From the NCBI GenBank assembly GCA_964632485.1, contig CAZWDO010000011.1, forward strand, positions 62,001-124,422: DNA of 62,422 nt. The letters run 5' to 3'. Shown piece after piece: positions 41,249-51,095 of this stretch. Both the position numbers and the translations under genes were made by a program. Positions within the stretch are counted from its first letter, which is position 1. Each line of letters opens with the position of its first letter. This stretch comes from an uncultured bacterium. GTDB lineage: Bacteria; JAGOEH01. The notes under the pieces are model-generated. The model worked only from the letters and a program-made list of their open reading frames with translations, was not told the DNA's origin and searched no databases.

Positions 41249-44200
41249 ATGTTTAAGAAATACATTCATTTTATTCTCGGTAGCTCCTGGAGTTTGATTC
41301 TTCTTTTCATGGTTTGCGCGGGAAGCGGGTTATATCTGTTTACAAAATTACCCATTGAGGCATTGCCGGATATCTCCCCGGTGATGGTGCCTATTTTTAC
41401 CGAAGCGCACGGGATGGCCCCACAGGAAATTGAACAATATATCACATATCCAATAGAAGTGCGAATGCAGGGATTACCAGGCGTAACGCATACAAAATCA
41501 ACATCTGCGCAGGGATTATCGGTTGTTTATATTTATTTTTCCGATGATCGGGATATCTATTTTTCACGTCAATTAGTAGCGGAACGGCTGAATTCAATCG
41601 AAGCGGAACTTCCCCCACTCGCCGAACCCCCGAAATTGGGGCCGATTTCTACCGGTTTGGGGCAAATATTTATCTATTATCTTACATTTGAAGCGGATGA
41701 AGCTAAAAAAGTTCAAAATCCCCAGGTATATCTGCGTGAAATTAATGATCGGATCATCAAACCCCGTTTGAGAGTAATACAAGGTGTAACGGACGTTCTT
41801 TCAATGGGAGGTGAAATTCAACAAATCCAGATTGATCTCGATCCAGAAAAAATGATGAAATATGGAATATCCATCAATAAAGTCAAAAATGAAATTGGCG
41901 ATCAAAATTTCAATCGGAGTGGCCAATACATTGTCTTTGGAGATGAGGAATACAGCGTTCGTGGCATAGGAATCTATCAATCGATCAAGCAGTTAGAAAA
42001 CAAAATCATTGATGTTAGAAACGGACGCGCCATTTTATTAAGGCATATTGCCAACGTAAAAGAAGGGACTGCATTACGTCGCGGTGTGGTATCCCGCAAC
42101 GGTGAAAAAGAGATCGTCTCTGGAATTGTACTGCAGCTATATGGTGAAAACCCGGCAACTGTTATTGAACGATTAAAAAATAAAGTACCTGAAATCCAAA
42201 AATCATTGCCACATGGAGTTAAGATCGTTTCATATTACGATCAGGCAACGATTATCCACGAAGCTGTTTCCACAATTACCCATGCCTTATGGCAGGGGGG
42301 GGCATTAGTCATCCTGGTCATCCTACTTTTTCTAAATTCCTGGCGTTCGGCAACAATTATCGTATCGGCATTGCCGTTATGCACCCTGATAACATTTGCA
42401 TTGATGAAATTATTGGGAATTTCTGCAAATTTAATGTCATTGGGAGGAATGGCCATTGCTTTAGGAATGTTGGTTGATGGGACGATTGTCGTAATAGAAA
42501 ATATTCATCGTCACATTAAAATTGATCCCCAACGGAATATGAATACAGCGATACAATTTGCCACTCATGAAGTCAGCCGAGCCATTTTTTTCAGTCTGTT
42601 CATCATTATTCTAGTTTTTGCTCCTATGTTCGCTTTGCAAGGGATTGAGAAAAAAATGTTTCTGCCCTTTGCGCAAACGATTATTCTTGCTCTCTTCGTT
42701 TCACTTACAGTAGCCTTGGCATTTGCCCCGGCACTTGCCTCACGATTGATCACCCACCGTATCGTATCGGAGCCCAGATGGTTGACTACTATTCAAAAGC
42801 GTTACCATCAATTATTAAACCGCTGCCTGCGCTTTGCGCGGACGATTTTAATCATTACATTTATTTTTCTGGGATTCAGTGTTATTTTGCTATTACGGGT
42901 AGGAACAGAGTACATTCCTCAAATGGATGAAGGACGAATCCTAATTGGAGTGTCCATGTTGCCATCAATTTCTCTCTCCAAAGCGATTGAAACAGTCCAA
43001 TCAATTGAACGCAAAATACTTGAAGTCCCTCAAGTTGCCGAAACCGTTTCCCGAATCGGCCGACCGGAAACGGGAAGCCACCCCCACCCAATCAACTACG
43101 CGGAAATCGATGTCCGCTTTGATTCGGCCCAACTTAAAAATCAATACTCAACAAAAGAACAACTGATCCGTGAAATCCGCCAAAAAGTATCCTTGATCCC
43201 CGGAGTTCAAACCAATTTCACTCAACCGATCCAAAACGCGTTCGATGAACTAATCGCCGGAATTAAAAGTCAAATCGCCATCAAAATTCAGGGAAATGAT
43301 TACCAGGAATTAAAAAGCATCTCCTTTCGAGTGGCGGAAACAATCCGTGATATCCCGGGATTAGTGGACGTACAAAATGAAATAACCAGCGGCCAGCCGC
43401 AATTATTAATCTACCCTCGGTATGAGATATGCCAACAACTCGGTATCCGACCCGCGGAAATCATGGAATGGGTTGAAGCCGGAATAGGTGGAGAAACGAT
43501 TGATTACTATTATACCGATAATTGGCGCTATGAAATCGTTATGCGGCTGGAAGAAAAATTCCGGCTCAACCAATCCTCGCTCAATAATTTGCATATTCCA
43601 TTGGAAAAAGGTGGCAGCATTCCATTAGCATCAGTCGCGAAATTTGTCATTGAGGAAAACCCGATCCAAATAAACAGAGAAAACGGGCAGCGACGGGCCA
43701 TCGTTCAAGCTAACATTCAAGGCCGGGATATTGGTACCATACTTACAGAAATTCAAAACCGCATCCTAACGAAAATCAGCTTACCTCCCGGTTACCATAT
43801 CGAATACGGCGGCCAGTTTGAAAACCAGCAACGCGCGATGAAACGGTTGGGTCTGATTGTCCCGCTCACTCTGCTATTGATTTTCCTGATGCTTTATCTT
43901 TCAATCCGTTCCTGGAAACATGCGGCTCTGATACTGATCAACATCCCATTGGCATTGATGGGAGGGATACTTGCATTGACGATCAGCGGCCAATACCTCT
44001 CAGTGCCGGCTTCGATCGGTTTTATTGCTCTATTTGGCATCGCTGTGCAAAATGGAATTGTAATGGTTTTTATCATTCATCAACTGCAATTAAGAGGATT
44101 CAGCGCCCGCGAAGCTGCCTTGGAAGGCGCAAGTATCCGATTACGTCCGGTACTGATGACCGCGTTGACTACATTGCTGGGTATATTGCCGTTAATGCTT

Positions 44201-44371
44201 ACCCATGGAGCAGGCGCCGAAATCCAACGGCCACTAGCTATAGTAGTCCTGGGAGGTTTATTCAGTTCGACCGCCTTAACTCTATTTATCTTGCCCCTGG
44301 TGTATTCTGTTTTCTTTAAAACAGGAATAGAACAAAAACCGGAACAATCGGAGAAGAATTTTATAAATTGA
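41249..44371 (+). CDS. czcA: CzcA/CusA family heavy-metal efflux RND permease (start moved to 41249)
   Basis: PIEALPDIS, NLMSLGG, GMLVDGTIVVIEN, RLRPVLMTA, GAEIQRPLA; GAGGAGG RBS before ATG 41249. Confidence 0.92.
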   Translation: MFKKYIHFILGSSWSLILLFMVCAGSGLYLFTKLPIEALPDISPVMVPIFTEAHGMAPQEIEQYITYPIEVRMQGLPGVTHTKSTSAQGLSVVYIYFSDDRDIYFSRQLVAERLNSIEAELPPLAEPPKLGPISTGLGQIFIYYLTFEADEAKKVQNPQVYLREINDRIIKPRLRVIQGVTDVLSMGGEIQQIQIDLDPEKMMKYGISINKVKNEIGDQNFNRSGQYIVFGDEEYSVRGIGIYQSIKQLENKIIDVRNGRAILLRHIANVKEGTALRRGVVSRNGEKEIVSGIVLQLYGENPATVIERLKNKVPEIQKSLPHGVKIVSYYDQATIIHEAVSTITHALWQGGALVILVILLFLNSWRSATIIVSALPLCTLITFALMKLLGISANLMSLGGMAIALGMLVDGTIVVIENIHRHIKIDPQRNMNTAIQFATHEVSRAIFFSLFIIILVFAPMFALQGIEKKMFLPFAQTIILALFVSLTVALAFAPALASRLITHRIVSEPRWLTTIQKRYHQLLNRCLRFARTILIITFIFLGFSVILLLRVGTEYIPQMDEGRILIGVSMLPSISLSKAIETVQSIERKILEVPQVAETVSRIGRPETGSHPHPINYAEIDVRFDSAQLKNQYSTKEQLIREIRQKVSLIPGVQTNFTQPIQNAFDELIAGIKSQIAIKIQGNDYQELKSISFRVAETIRDIPGLVDVQNEITSGQPQLLIYPRYEICQQLGIRPAEIMEWVEAGIGGETIDYYYTDNWRYEIVMRLEEKFRLNQSSLNNLHIPLEKGGSIPLASVAKFVIEENPIQINRENGQRRAIVQANIQGRDIGTILTEIQNRILTKISLPPGYHIEYGGQFENQQRAMKRLGLIVPLTLLLIFLMLYLSIRSWKHAALILINIPLALMGGILALTISGQYLSVPASIGFIALFGIAVQNGIVMVFIIHQLQLRGFSAREAALEGASIRLRPVLMTALTTLLGILPLMLTHGAGAEIQRPLAIVVLGGLFSSTALTLFILPLVYSVFFKTGIEQKPEQSEKNFIN

Positions 44372-44485
44372 TTCGTAACTACTCCACAATCCGGAAAAAG
44401 ATTATTGCATCAGGCGGTTAAGCGTATAGTTCACTATTTTCATCAATACGGGCGCAATCTCTTAGCCAGTCGGATAGATTCCCGA

Positions 44486-44518
44486 TTCGGAACCGCGCGT
44501 GATTGTGTCGGTTCCGAA
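44486..44518. repeat. 10-bp perfect inverted repeat between convergent genes
   Basis: TTCGGAACCG-13 nt-CGGTTCCGAA. Confidence 0.8.
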
Positions 44519-44579
44519 CCGCCCTGCGCCGTCAAATCCGATATTAGCAGACTAAGAAGCTAGTCTAAACGATCGCTCC

Positions 44580-46802
44580 TTATTTTATCCGTAATATCAA
44601 ACTGGTAATATCATCGTCTTGATGACGTTGATGGGAATAATCGGCCAATTCCAGCAATATTTTCTCCCGGATGATCTGAGGCTGCTGATGGCGATAGCGG
44701 AGTATACATTTCAACAACCGTTCTTCACCGAACTCTTCATCATTTTCGTTAAAAGTTTCTGTAATCCCATCGGTATAAAGAAATAGCAAATCACCCGGAT
44801 TGATCCGGATAACCCCTTTTCGGTAGCGCGCATTGGGCAAAACGCCCAAAATAACGCCTCCTTCTTCGAGTGTAATGACATTCCCTTCCGGGGAGATCAT
44901 AAAAGGATAATTATGTCCCGCATTGATATATTCAAGCTGATTCGTATCAGGATTGAAAATACCGGAAAAAAAAGTAATAAACTGTTTACCGTGGATCGTA
45001 TCATAGATTAGATTATTCAATTTAAAATGCACGTCCTCCATATCCTGAGAGTACATAAAAAGAGAACGAAGAGCTGACTGAAGACTGGCCATTAGCAAAG
45101 CGGCCGGGGCGCCTTTTCCTGAAACATCCCCAATAGCAAATACGAGGCGCTTGTCATCCATTTGCCAGATGTCGTAATAATCCCCGCCTACTTCTAAGCA
45201 CGTAATATTAATAGCATCAATTTCACAAAAAATGGTTTTCGGAAAGCTGCTGGGTAAGAGGGAATGCTGGATTTCTCGAGCAATGGAAAGCTCCTGTTGC
45301 AAACGTTCTTTTCCCAATGTTTCCTGGTACAGAAAAATATTTTTCAATATGGAAGACATCTGGTTGCTCAACATATTCAACAGCACCTGATCCTCAACTG
45401 AAAACGCATGTCCTCCGCGACGTTGGCCAATACCTAAAAAACCCAATATCTGGAAGCTATGTTTCAAGGTCACTAAATAATGGATATGACGGGCTTTCAT
45501 CTGCTCATAGATTTCATATCCATCCATTCTGTTTTCCAACTCATGTAGTTCAATAAAATCATTCGTAATGGCAATATTTTTCAATAGTAACCGCTCCCGA
45601 TCATTTAATTTGACCTTGTGGGAGCTGTCTGATTCCGATCCCGGGAAAAGTTCCAATTCATCCTGCCGCATCAGATATAAATCAACCTGGATAATGTTAA
45701 GATTTTCTTGCAGCAATGGAGCCAGCATACGAATGATTTCATGGAAATCGAGTTTGCCCATCATTTCCCGCATCAATATCTGTAACTGTTTTTGAAGAAG
45801 AGTGTGTTTCCGCCCAATAAAGCGGTCCAGTCCTTCATCCAATCGGTTGATGAGAAAAGGAATCAAAATAATGCTAAAAAAAATCATACTCATTTCAATT
45901 ATAGGCGCTGAAGGTTCATACCCCAGGGTCAAAACCACCATTCTCTTGACACGGTCATAGTAAAAAACATATCCAAGATAGATCACTGAGAAAAAAATAG
46001 AAAAAAACAAACCTTTACGAAGCAATATCGGCACAGATAAAAGTTTGTACCGGAAAAACCCGATAAAAAGCAGCATGAATGCCGGTAAGCTTGCCCAGGC
46101 CATAACGATGACACTGATACTACGATCGATCGAGATCAGGTTCAAAATGACTTTAGTTCCGCCAATTAAAACAAAGACCGCTAAAATAATTTCGCTCTGT
46201 CGTTTCAATTGCTGAGAAAACAACATATTACGTTTGCAAACGATTATATAGACCGCCAGCAGCCAATATATCAGGTTAAAATAATTAAAAAAATAAAAAT
46301 GCCAATCATAGATCAAATTGATAAATTTTAATAAAAAAACACAAATGCTTTCAAAGAAGTCAAAAAAAATTGAATTTTTTAATAGCATTTTCTTAAATGA
46401 CAAATAATTAATTAGTTTTTCCGGCAGCGGATAAAAAAATGCGAGCATAAAATTGCATATATATGGAATATGTACCAACCAGCCGATCCCGCGGACACGA
46501 TGCATAATCGGGGATGAAAATGGAAAATAAAGCGCAATCAGTAATATTTGTGGATATAAAAATAAAGAAAGGAAATACAGATTAAAAAAGAGAGTCGAGC
46601 GATATTCATCCACATTAATATTCAACATCATCAAAACTGAATATATAATAAGATGGACAAAATTTACAGCAATGCAAAAAAATAGAAAAGCAAAATGAGA
46701 ATGTTCTTTTTTACGGTTTTCAACGGAAAAAACCTGATAGATAAGCGAAATATCAACTACAATAAGGATAAAATACAGAATAGTCGTAAGATTGACAAAC
46801 AT
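44580..46802 (-). CDS. Membrane-bound GAF plus SpoIIE/RsbU-type PP2C phosphatase
   Basis: Multi-TM N-terminus; VGGDYYD, GDVSGKG, NAGHN, YTDGITE, DDIT. Confidence 0.9.
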   Translation of the reverse strand: MFVNLTTILYFILIVVDISLIYQVFSVENRKKEHSHFAFLFFCIAVNFVHLIIYSVLMMLNINVDEYRSTLFFNLYFLSLFLYPQILLIALYFPFSSPIMHRVRGIGWLVHIPYICNFMLAFFYPLPEKLINYLSFKKMLLKNSIFFDFFESICVFLLKFINLIYDWHFYFFNYFNLIYWLLAVYIIVCKRNMLFSQQLKRQSEIILAVFVLIGGTKVILNLISIDRSISVIVMAWASLPAFMLLFIGFFRYKLLSVPILLRKGLFFSIFFSVIYLGYVFYYDRVKRMVVLTLGYEPSAPIIEMSMIFFSIILIPFLINRLDEGLDRFIGRKHTLLQKQLQILMREMMGKLDFHEIIRMLAPLLQENLNIIQVDLYLMRQDELELFPGSESDSSHKVKLNDRERLLLKNIAITNDFIELHELENRMDGYEIYEQMKARHIHYLVTLKHSFQILGFLGIGQRRGGHAFSVEDQVLLNMLSNQMSSILKNIFLYQETLGKERLQQELSIAREIQHSLLPSSFPKTIFCEIDAINITCLEVGGDYYDIWQMDDKRLVFAIGDVSGKGAPAALLMASLQSALRSLFMYSQDMEDVHFKLNNLIYDTIHGKQFITFFSGIFNPDTNQLEYINAGHNYPFMISPEGNVITLEEGGVILGVLPNARYRKGVIRINPGDLLFLYTDGITETFNENDEEFGEERLLKCILRYRHQQPQIIREKILLELADYSHQRHQDDDITSLILRIK

Positions 46803-46808
46803 AATGGA

Positions 46809-47228
46809 TCAGGAATTAAAATGCTTGGTAATAATCGCTTCAGTTCCATCAATATGATGGATAAATTCCAGGTGATCAATCAGGTGTCGCGTAATAAAAA
46901 TGCCGCGTCCTTCGGTTTTAAAGAGATTTTTCTTCTCTAATGGATTCGCCAGATGATCAGCATCAAAACCACGGCCGTAATCGCGAACTCGAACGACCAC
47001 CGCACGGGAAACAACCTCGATATTAATATTGACGAATAGATTGGGATTGAATCGATTACCATGTTCCATGGCATTACTGATCAATTCACTGACCGCAATA
47101 ATCAGATTGTCGATAAAATCCTGATGTAAGGCATATTTCATGAGAAACGACTCAATCTCAACCAGGGAGTCCTCAAGCGCATTGATATTAGAAGGCAAAT
47201 GCAGTTCCAAAACTGAATTCTGATTCAT
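46809..47228 (-). CDS. RsbW-like anti-sigma factor Ser/Thr kinase
   Basis: SELISNAMEHGN, DYGRGFD, GRGIF; AAAGGA RBS before ATG 47228. Confidence 0.88.
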   Translation of the reverse strand: MNQNSVLELHLPSNINALEDSLVEIESFLMKYALHQDFIDNLIIAVSELISNAMEHGNRFNPNLFVNINIEVVSRAVVVRVRDYGRGFDADHLANPLEKKNLFKTEGRGIFITRHLIDHLEFIHHIDGTEAIITKHFNS

Positions 47229-47236
47229 AATTCCTT

Positions 47237-48310
47237 TCAAACTGAAAAACGAAAATTGATAATGTCGCCATCCTTAACCAGATACTCTTTACCCTCAAGC
47301 CGCCACAACCCTTTTTCCTTGGCATGGACCATTGAATGACCGCAAGCAATAAAATCCTCATAATGAACCACTTCTGCTCTAATAAACCCGCGTTCAATAT
47401 CGGAATGAATAGCGCCGGCGGCTTTTTGAGCAGTGTTCATGCGGTCAATGGGCCACGCGCGTACTTCATCTTCCCCTACGGTGAAAAAACAGATGCGGTC
47501 CAACAGATCAAAAGCGGATTTAATCATTCTTTGCATGACAGGCTCACTGATCGCATATTCCTCTAAAAACAGATTCCGATCGTTTTCGTCCATAAAAGTA
47601 ATCTCTTTTTCAATCTGACCCGCCACTATAAAAGCCGGGTATTCCTTCAGAGTTTCCGCATCGATATAACTCGTGATTTCCGGTTTTTGCTGCCATTCGT
47701 CATCGCTGATATTTATCACGATTTGCATGGGCTTTAATGTTAAAAATTGAAAGCCCTTTAATAATTTCAATTCATATTCGCTTAATTCAACTTTCCTCAA
47801 CGGGATGCTCTGTTCAATATTTTTCAGACAACGAAGCAGAGCTTGTTGCTCATCTTTTAGCTCCTGTAGAGGATTTTTGCGGAGTTGTCCTTCCAATCGT
47901 TCCAAACGATTTTCAATAATAATCTGATCAGATATCAGAAATTCAGCCAATAGTGTTTCCATATCCCTTTGGGGATGAATTTTCTGACCGTCATTGGAAA
48001 AACCACGCAAAATCATTACAAACCCATCCATAAGCTTAAACCCTGTCAGAAGCTGGGTATCAAATCCTTTAAAATCAGCTTTTTCAGCAATTCCCATAAA
48101 ATCGACGAATTCAATCGTTGCCGGAACCTTTTTTTTGGGCTGATAAATCGAATTTAAATAATCGATACGCACGTCTTCTATATTGACAATATAGGGAATA
48201 TATTTGTTTTTTTGTAAAGATGGGTGACCGGGATCAATTTCCTGTTTGATGATGGCTTCAAATATTGTCGTCTTTCCGGAATAAGGTAATCCGATCAAAC
48301 CGATTTTCAT
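47237..48310 (-). CDS. ychF: YchF/Obg-like ATPase with DUF933 C-terminus
   Basis: IGLIGLPYSGKTT, IEFVD, LTLKP, FFTVGEDEVRAW, IHSDIERGFIRAEV, EGKEYLVKDGD; GAGGAG RBS. Confidence 0.88.
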   Translation of the reverse strand: MKIGLIGLPYSGKTTIFEAIIKQEIDPGHPSLQKNKYIPYIVNIEDVRIDYLNSIYQPKKKVPATIEFVDFMGIAEKADFKGFDTQLLTGFKLMDGFVMILRGFSNDGQKIHPQRDMETLLAEFLISDQIIIENRLERLEGQLRKNPLQELKDEQQALLRCLKNIEQSIPLRKVELSEYELKLLKGFQFLTLKPMQIVINISDDEWQQKPEITSYIDAETLKEYPAFIVAGQIEKEITFMDENDRNLFLEEYAISEPVMQRMIKSAFDLLDRICFFTVGEDEVRAWPIDRMNTAQKAAGAIHSDIERGFIRAEVVHYEDFIACGHSMVHAKEKGLWRLEGKEYLVKDGDIINFRFSV

Positions 48311-48331
48311 TTTCACTCCTCTTTTTTTGAA

Positions 48332-48360
48332 AAGATAAGTTTAAAGGTATAAAAAGTCAA
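48332..48360 (-). promoter_or_regulatory. sigma70-type promoter for ychF-rsbW-PP2C
   Basis: Minus strand TTGACT-17 bp-TATCTT. Confidence 0.6.
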
Positions 48361-48366
48361 GCCTTA

Positions 48367-49404
48367 TTAAAAAAAAATACGCATATAACGCAGAAAAATT
48401 ACAAAAGATTTTCTTTTCTTAAAAATAAGTTGGCGACGCCAGACTTGCCAATAAGCTCTTTCCATGTATAATTGACTAAAAATATTGATAAACGCCTGCC
48501 CGTTGATTGTTTTTTTTAATAATAAAATCAACCAGATTGCGCATTCTGTCAGTAAAAAATAGGGGGATAAAAGAAACCAAAACCCCAAAGGCAAATTTTT
48601 TAATAGCATCCGGTAACGATTCAGAAGAACCAGACGTTGGATAGCCGCAGGTTTAGAAAAAAAACCAGCATGACCATCGAAAGTAGCGGACCGGTGGTGC
48701 CATCCAATCGCGTGGGGTATGAAACAGGCCTGCCAACCTAAAAGTTGAGAACGCCAGGCCAAATCAATATCTTCAACAAAGGCAAAAAACCGTTCGTCAA
48801 AGTATTCGCCTTCGATTGCAATATCGCCCAGCATGCGGCGCCGGTATAATGGCGCGCAACCATTGGCAGCGAAAACTATTTCAAAATGATTCTGTTGAGG
48901 AGAATTAACAAATGTAAAACGCCAATTCAAATAATTTCCCACTGTATCGATTTGCTCATCAGGAAAAAAACGATAAATTTTACCGATTGCTGCGCCTATC
49001 CGGGGACGTCTTACCATTACCGGTACAATATGCGCTAAATAAGCGGCATCCAAATATAGATCAGCGTTCAGGCACAAGACATAATCCCCATGACTGCGCG
49101 AGATACCCCAATTCATAGCCGGCGCAAATCCCCGATTATCCGGCCATTTTTCCAACCGGCGCTCCCCTGCTGCCCATTGGCTGGTAAGAATAATCCGCTC
49201 AATCACTTCAATAGTCGCGTCGGTTGATCCATTATCAATAATAATTATTTCATGAGCCGCTAACAATTGATCCTGGCAAGATTTAAGACAACGCTCAATT
49301 GTACGGGCGCTGTTGAAGGTGACGATAACAATCGAAACTGTTGGATTCAGTCTGGAACCACCCACCGTCATCCCGAATTCCAATCCGAAAATCGGTAGTT
49401 CCAT
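48367..49404 (-). CDS. Glycosyltransferase family 2 (start uncertain)
   Basis: VSIVIVTFN, IDNGSTD, NRGFAPAMNWG, LNAD, EDIDLAWR. Confidence 0.9.
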   Translation of the reverse strand: MELPIFGLEFGMTVGGSRLNPTVSIVIVTFNSARTIERCLKSCQDQLLAAHEIIIIDNGSTDATIEVIERIILTSQWAAGERRLEKWPDNRGFAPAMNWGISRSHGDYVLCLNADLYLDAAYLAHIVPVMVRRPRIGAAIGKIYRFFPDEQIDTVGNYLNWRFTFVNSPQQNHFEIVFAANGCAPLYRRRMLGDIAIEGEYFDERFFAFVEDIDLAWRSQLLGWQACFIPHAIGWHHRSATFDGHAGFFSKPAAIQRLVLLNRYRMLLKNLPLGFWFLLSPYFLLTECAIWLILLLKKTINGQAFINIFSQLYMERAYWQVWRRQLIFKKRKSFVIFLRYMRIFF

Positions 49405-49461
49405 AATTGAATATTTCTATTAACCCTCCATAACCAATTAAATGCAGAAAGGCGGACGGAA

Positions 49462-49731
49462 TCAATCATTGTAATTTAGAGGCGTAGATTGAATGATATC
49501 ATACAGGTCTGCGGTCTGAGAACGGGAAACATTACCTCGCGGAATTTGTACAACCCGAACGGTTAGCTCTGAATCATGAAGGTTCAAAGTGATTTGATCG
49601 CCAACAGTTATCTCTTTAGCCGGTTTCGCCACATGGCCGTTAACCTTTACCATGCCTCTGGAGCAGGCTTCCTGGGCAATAGTGCGCTGCTTGATGAGTT
49701 GGGATTTCTTTAAAAATAAATCGATTCGCAT
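49462..49731 (-). CDS. Short S4-domain RNA-binding protein (RqcP/YabO/Hsp15-like)
   Basis: MRIDLFLKKSQLIKQRTIAQEAC...VNG...KPAKEI..GD; GAGG RBS. Confidence 0.88.
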   Translation of the reverse strand: MRIDLFLKKSQLIKQRTIAQEACSRGMVKVNGHVAKPAKEITVGDQITLNLHDSELTVRVVQIPRGNVSRSQTADLYDIIQSTPLNYND

Positions 49732-49795
49732 AGGCCTCATCCAAATTTATGGTTACCTGACAATTCCACAGCGCTTATCAGGCAACAATTAAATA

Positions 49796-51085
49796 TCAAT
49801 TATAATCAACCTTAATATCGATAAAATAATTATCAGCGATGCGGTCGATCCATTCCTGAAACAATTTATTTTTTTTATAATCCTCGGCGTACCGTTCCAC
49901 GATGGACCAGTCATCCTCAAGAGTCAGACTCCGTTTGCCCTGATGATCAAGTATCTTCATTACATAAAAACCTTCCAGGGTTTGCAAAACAGGCGATAAA
50001 TCACCCACTTTTAATTGAATAATCATATCGTACTTATCAGGAAACAGGGTCTTAAAATCCTCAAGCGCGCGCCAGCCAACATTGCCGCCTTGTTCCTTCG
50101 AAATTGGGTCTTCCGAAAACTGGCTGACCAGGGAATCAAACTCCTCACCTTCCACAATTCGTTTTCTCAAGTCCTGTAACTGTTTATATTTTGCCAACAA
50201 GTCATTGGCATTGACTTGTAATTCTTTACGGATTAATTCAATTTTTTCGGCAAACAAAGCCGTATCCAACTGGGGGGGAGAAAAAAGAATATGACGTAGC
50301 TTGTAACGATTGTTAAGAGTATCAATCGCTTGGATTTGGACTAAATGCCACCCGGCCTGGGTGATGATAATCCTGGAAATTTCAAATAGATTTAAATTAT
50401 TAATTTCCGCGGCTATCTGGTCCAACATATCGTCTTTCTTAAGCCACCCCAAATCGCCCCCGTTTTGAGCGGAAGCGGTATGTTGAGAATACTGTTTTGC
50501 CATTTCTGGAAAACGGTCCTGTACGCTTAAAAAAAGATAACTGACTTTAAAGGCTTCTTGTTGTTGTTGAAGACTATCCCGATATTCATTAAAAAAATCA
50601 CGTACTTCGATACTGGAGACTGTTACATTCTGTGTTTTCTCCATTTTCATGCGATCGCTGATCAATTGCGCCTGCGCCTCTTCCAAATACTGCTTCCTGA
50701 GTTCGCGTAAGGTTAGACCTTCTTCGCTCAGGGCGGATTTCAACCGATCTTCAGCGCCAAAATACTGGATCAGGTTATTAATCCGATAGTCCACCGATTG
50801 CTCGATTTCCTGGCGCGTCACTTCCACACTATCTTTCTCCGCCTGCATGATCAACAATTTATAATTAATCAACTGCTTCAAAATCATCTGTCGAATCTGA
50901 TTCTTTTCCTTAGGGCTCATAGTCTGGCGATTTTGCAGTAAATAGGAATTGAGAGTTTCTTCGACTTCGGTACGAAGAATAATCTCATTACCGACAATAG
51001 CGGCAATTCCATCCACAATTTCCTCGGCTCTAACCATAGATTGACAAAGCAAGATAACGATCAATAGCATCCAAAAACGCATCAT
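49796..51085 (-). CDS. surA: SurA-like periplasmic chaperone/parvulin PPIase
   Basis: Signal peptide, VDGIAAIVGNEIIL, two parvulin-like segments (GGDLGW, GGNVGW). Confidence 0.8.
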   Translation of the reverse strand: MMRFWMLLIVILLCQSMVRAEEIVDGIAAIVGNEIILRTEVEETLNSYLLQNRQTMSPKEKNQIRQMILKQLINYKLLIMQAEKDSVEVTRQEIEQSVDYRINNLIQYFGAEDRLKSALSEEGLTLRELRKQYLEEAQAQLISDRMKMEKTQNVTVSSIEVRDFFNEYRDSLQQQQEAFKVSYLFLSVQDRFPEMAKQYSQHTASAQNGGDLGWLKKDDMLDQIAAEINNLNLFEISRIIITQAGWHLVQIQAIDTLNNRYKLRHILFSPPQLDTALFAEKIELIRKELQVNANDLLAKYKQLQDLRKRIVEGEEFDSLVSQFSEDPISKEQGGNVGWRALEDFKTLFPDKYDMIIQLKVGDLSPVLQTLEGFYVMKILDHQGKRSLTLEDDWSIVERYAEDYKKNKLFQEWIDRIADNYFIDIKVDYN

Positions 51086-51095
51086 TGCGTTGCCT

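Noticed and set aside
44465-44476. 12-bp GCCAGTCGGATA also present at 62320
   Set aside because: The second copy is inside coding sequence with no flanking similarity; probably chance.
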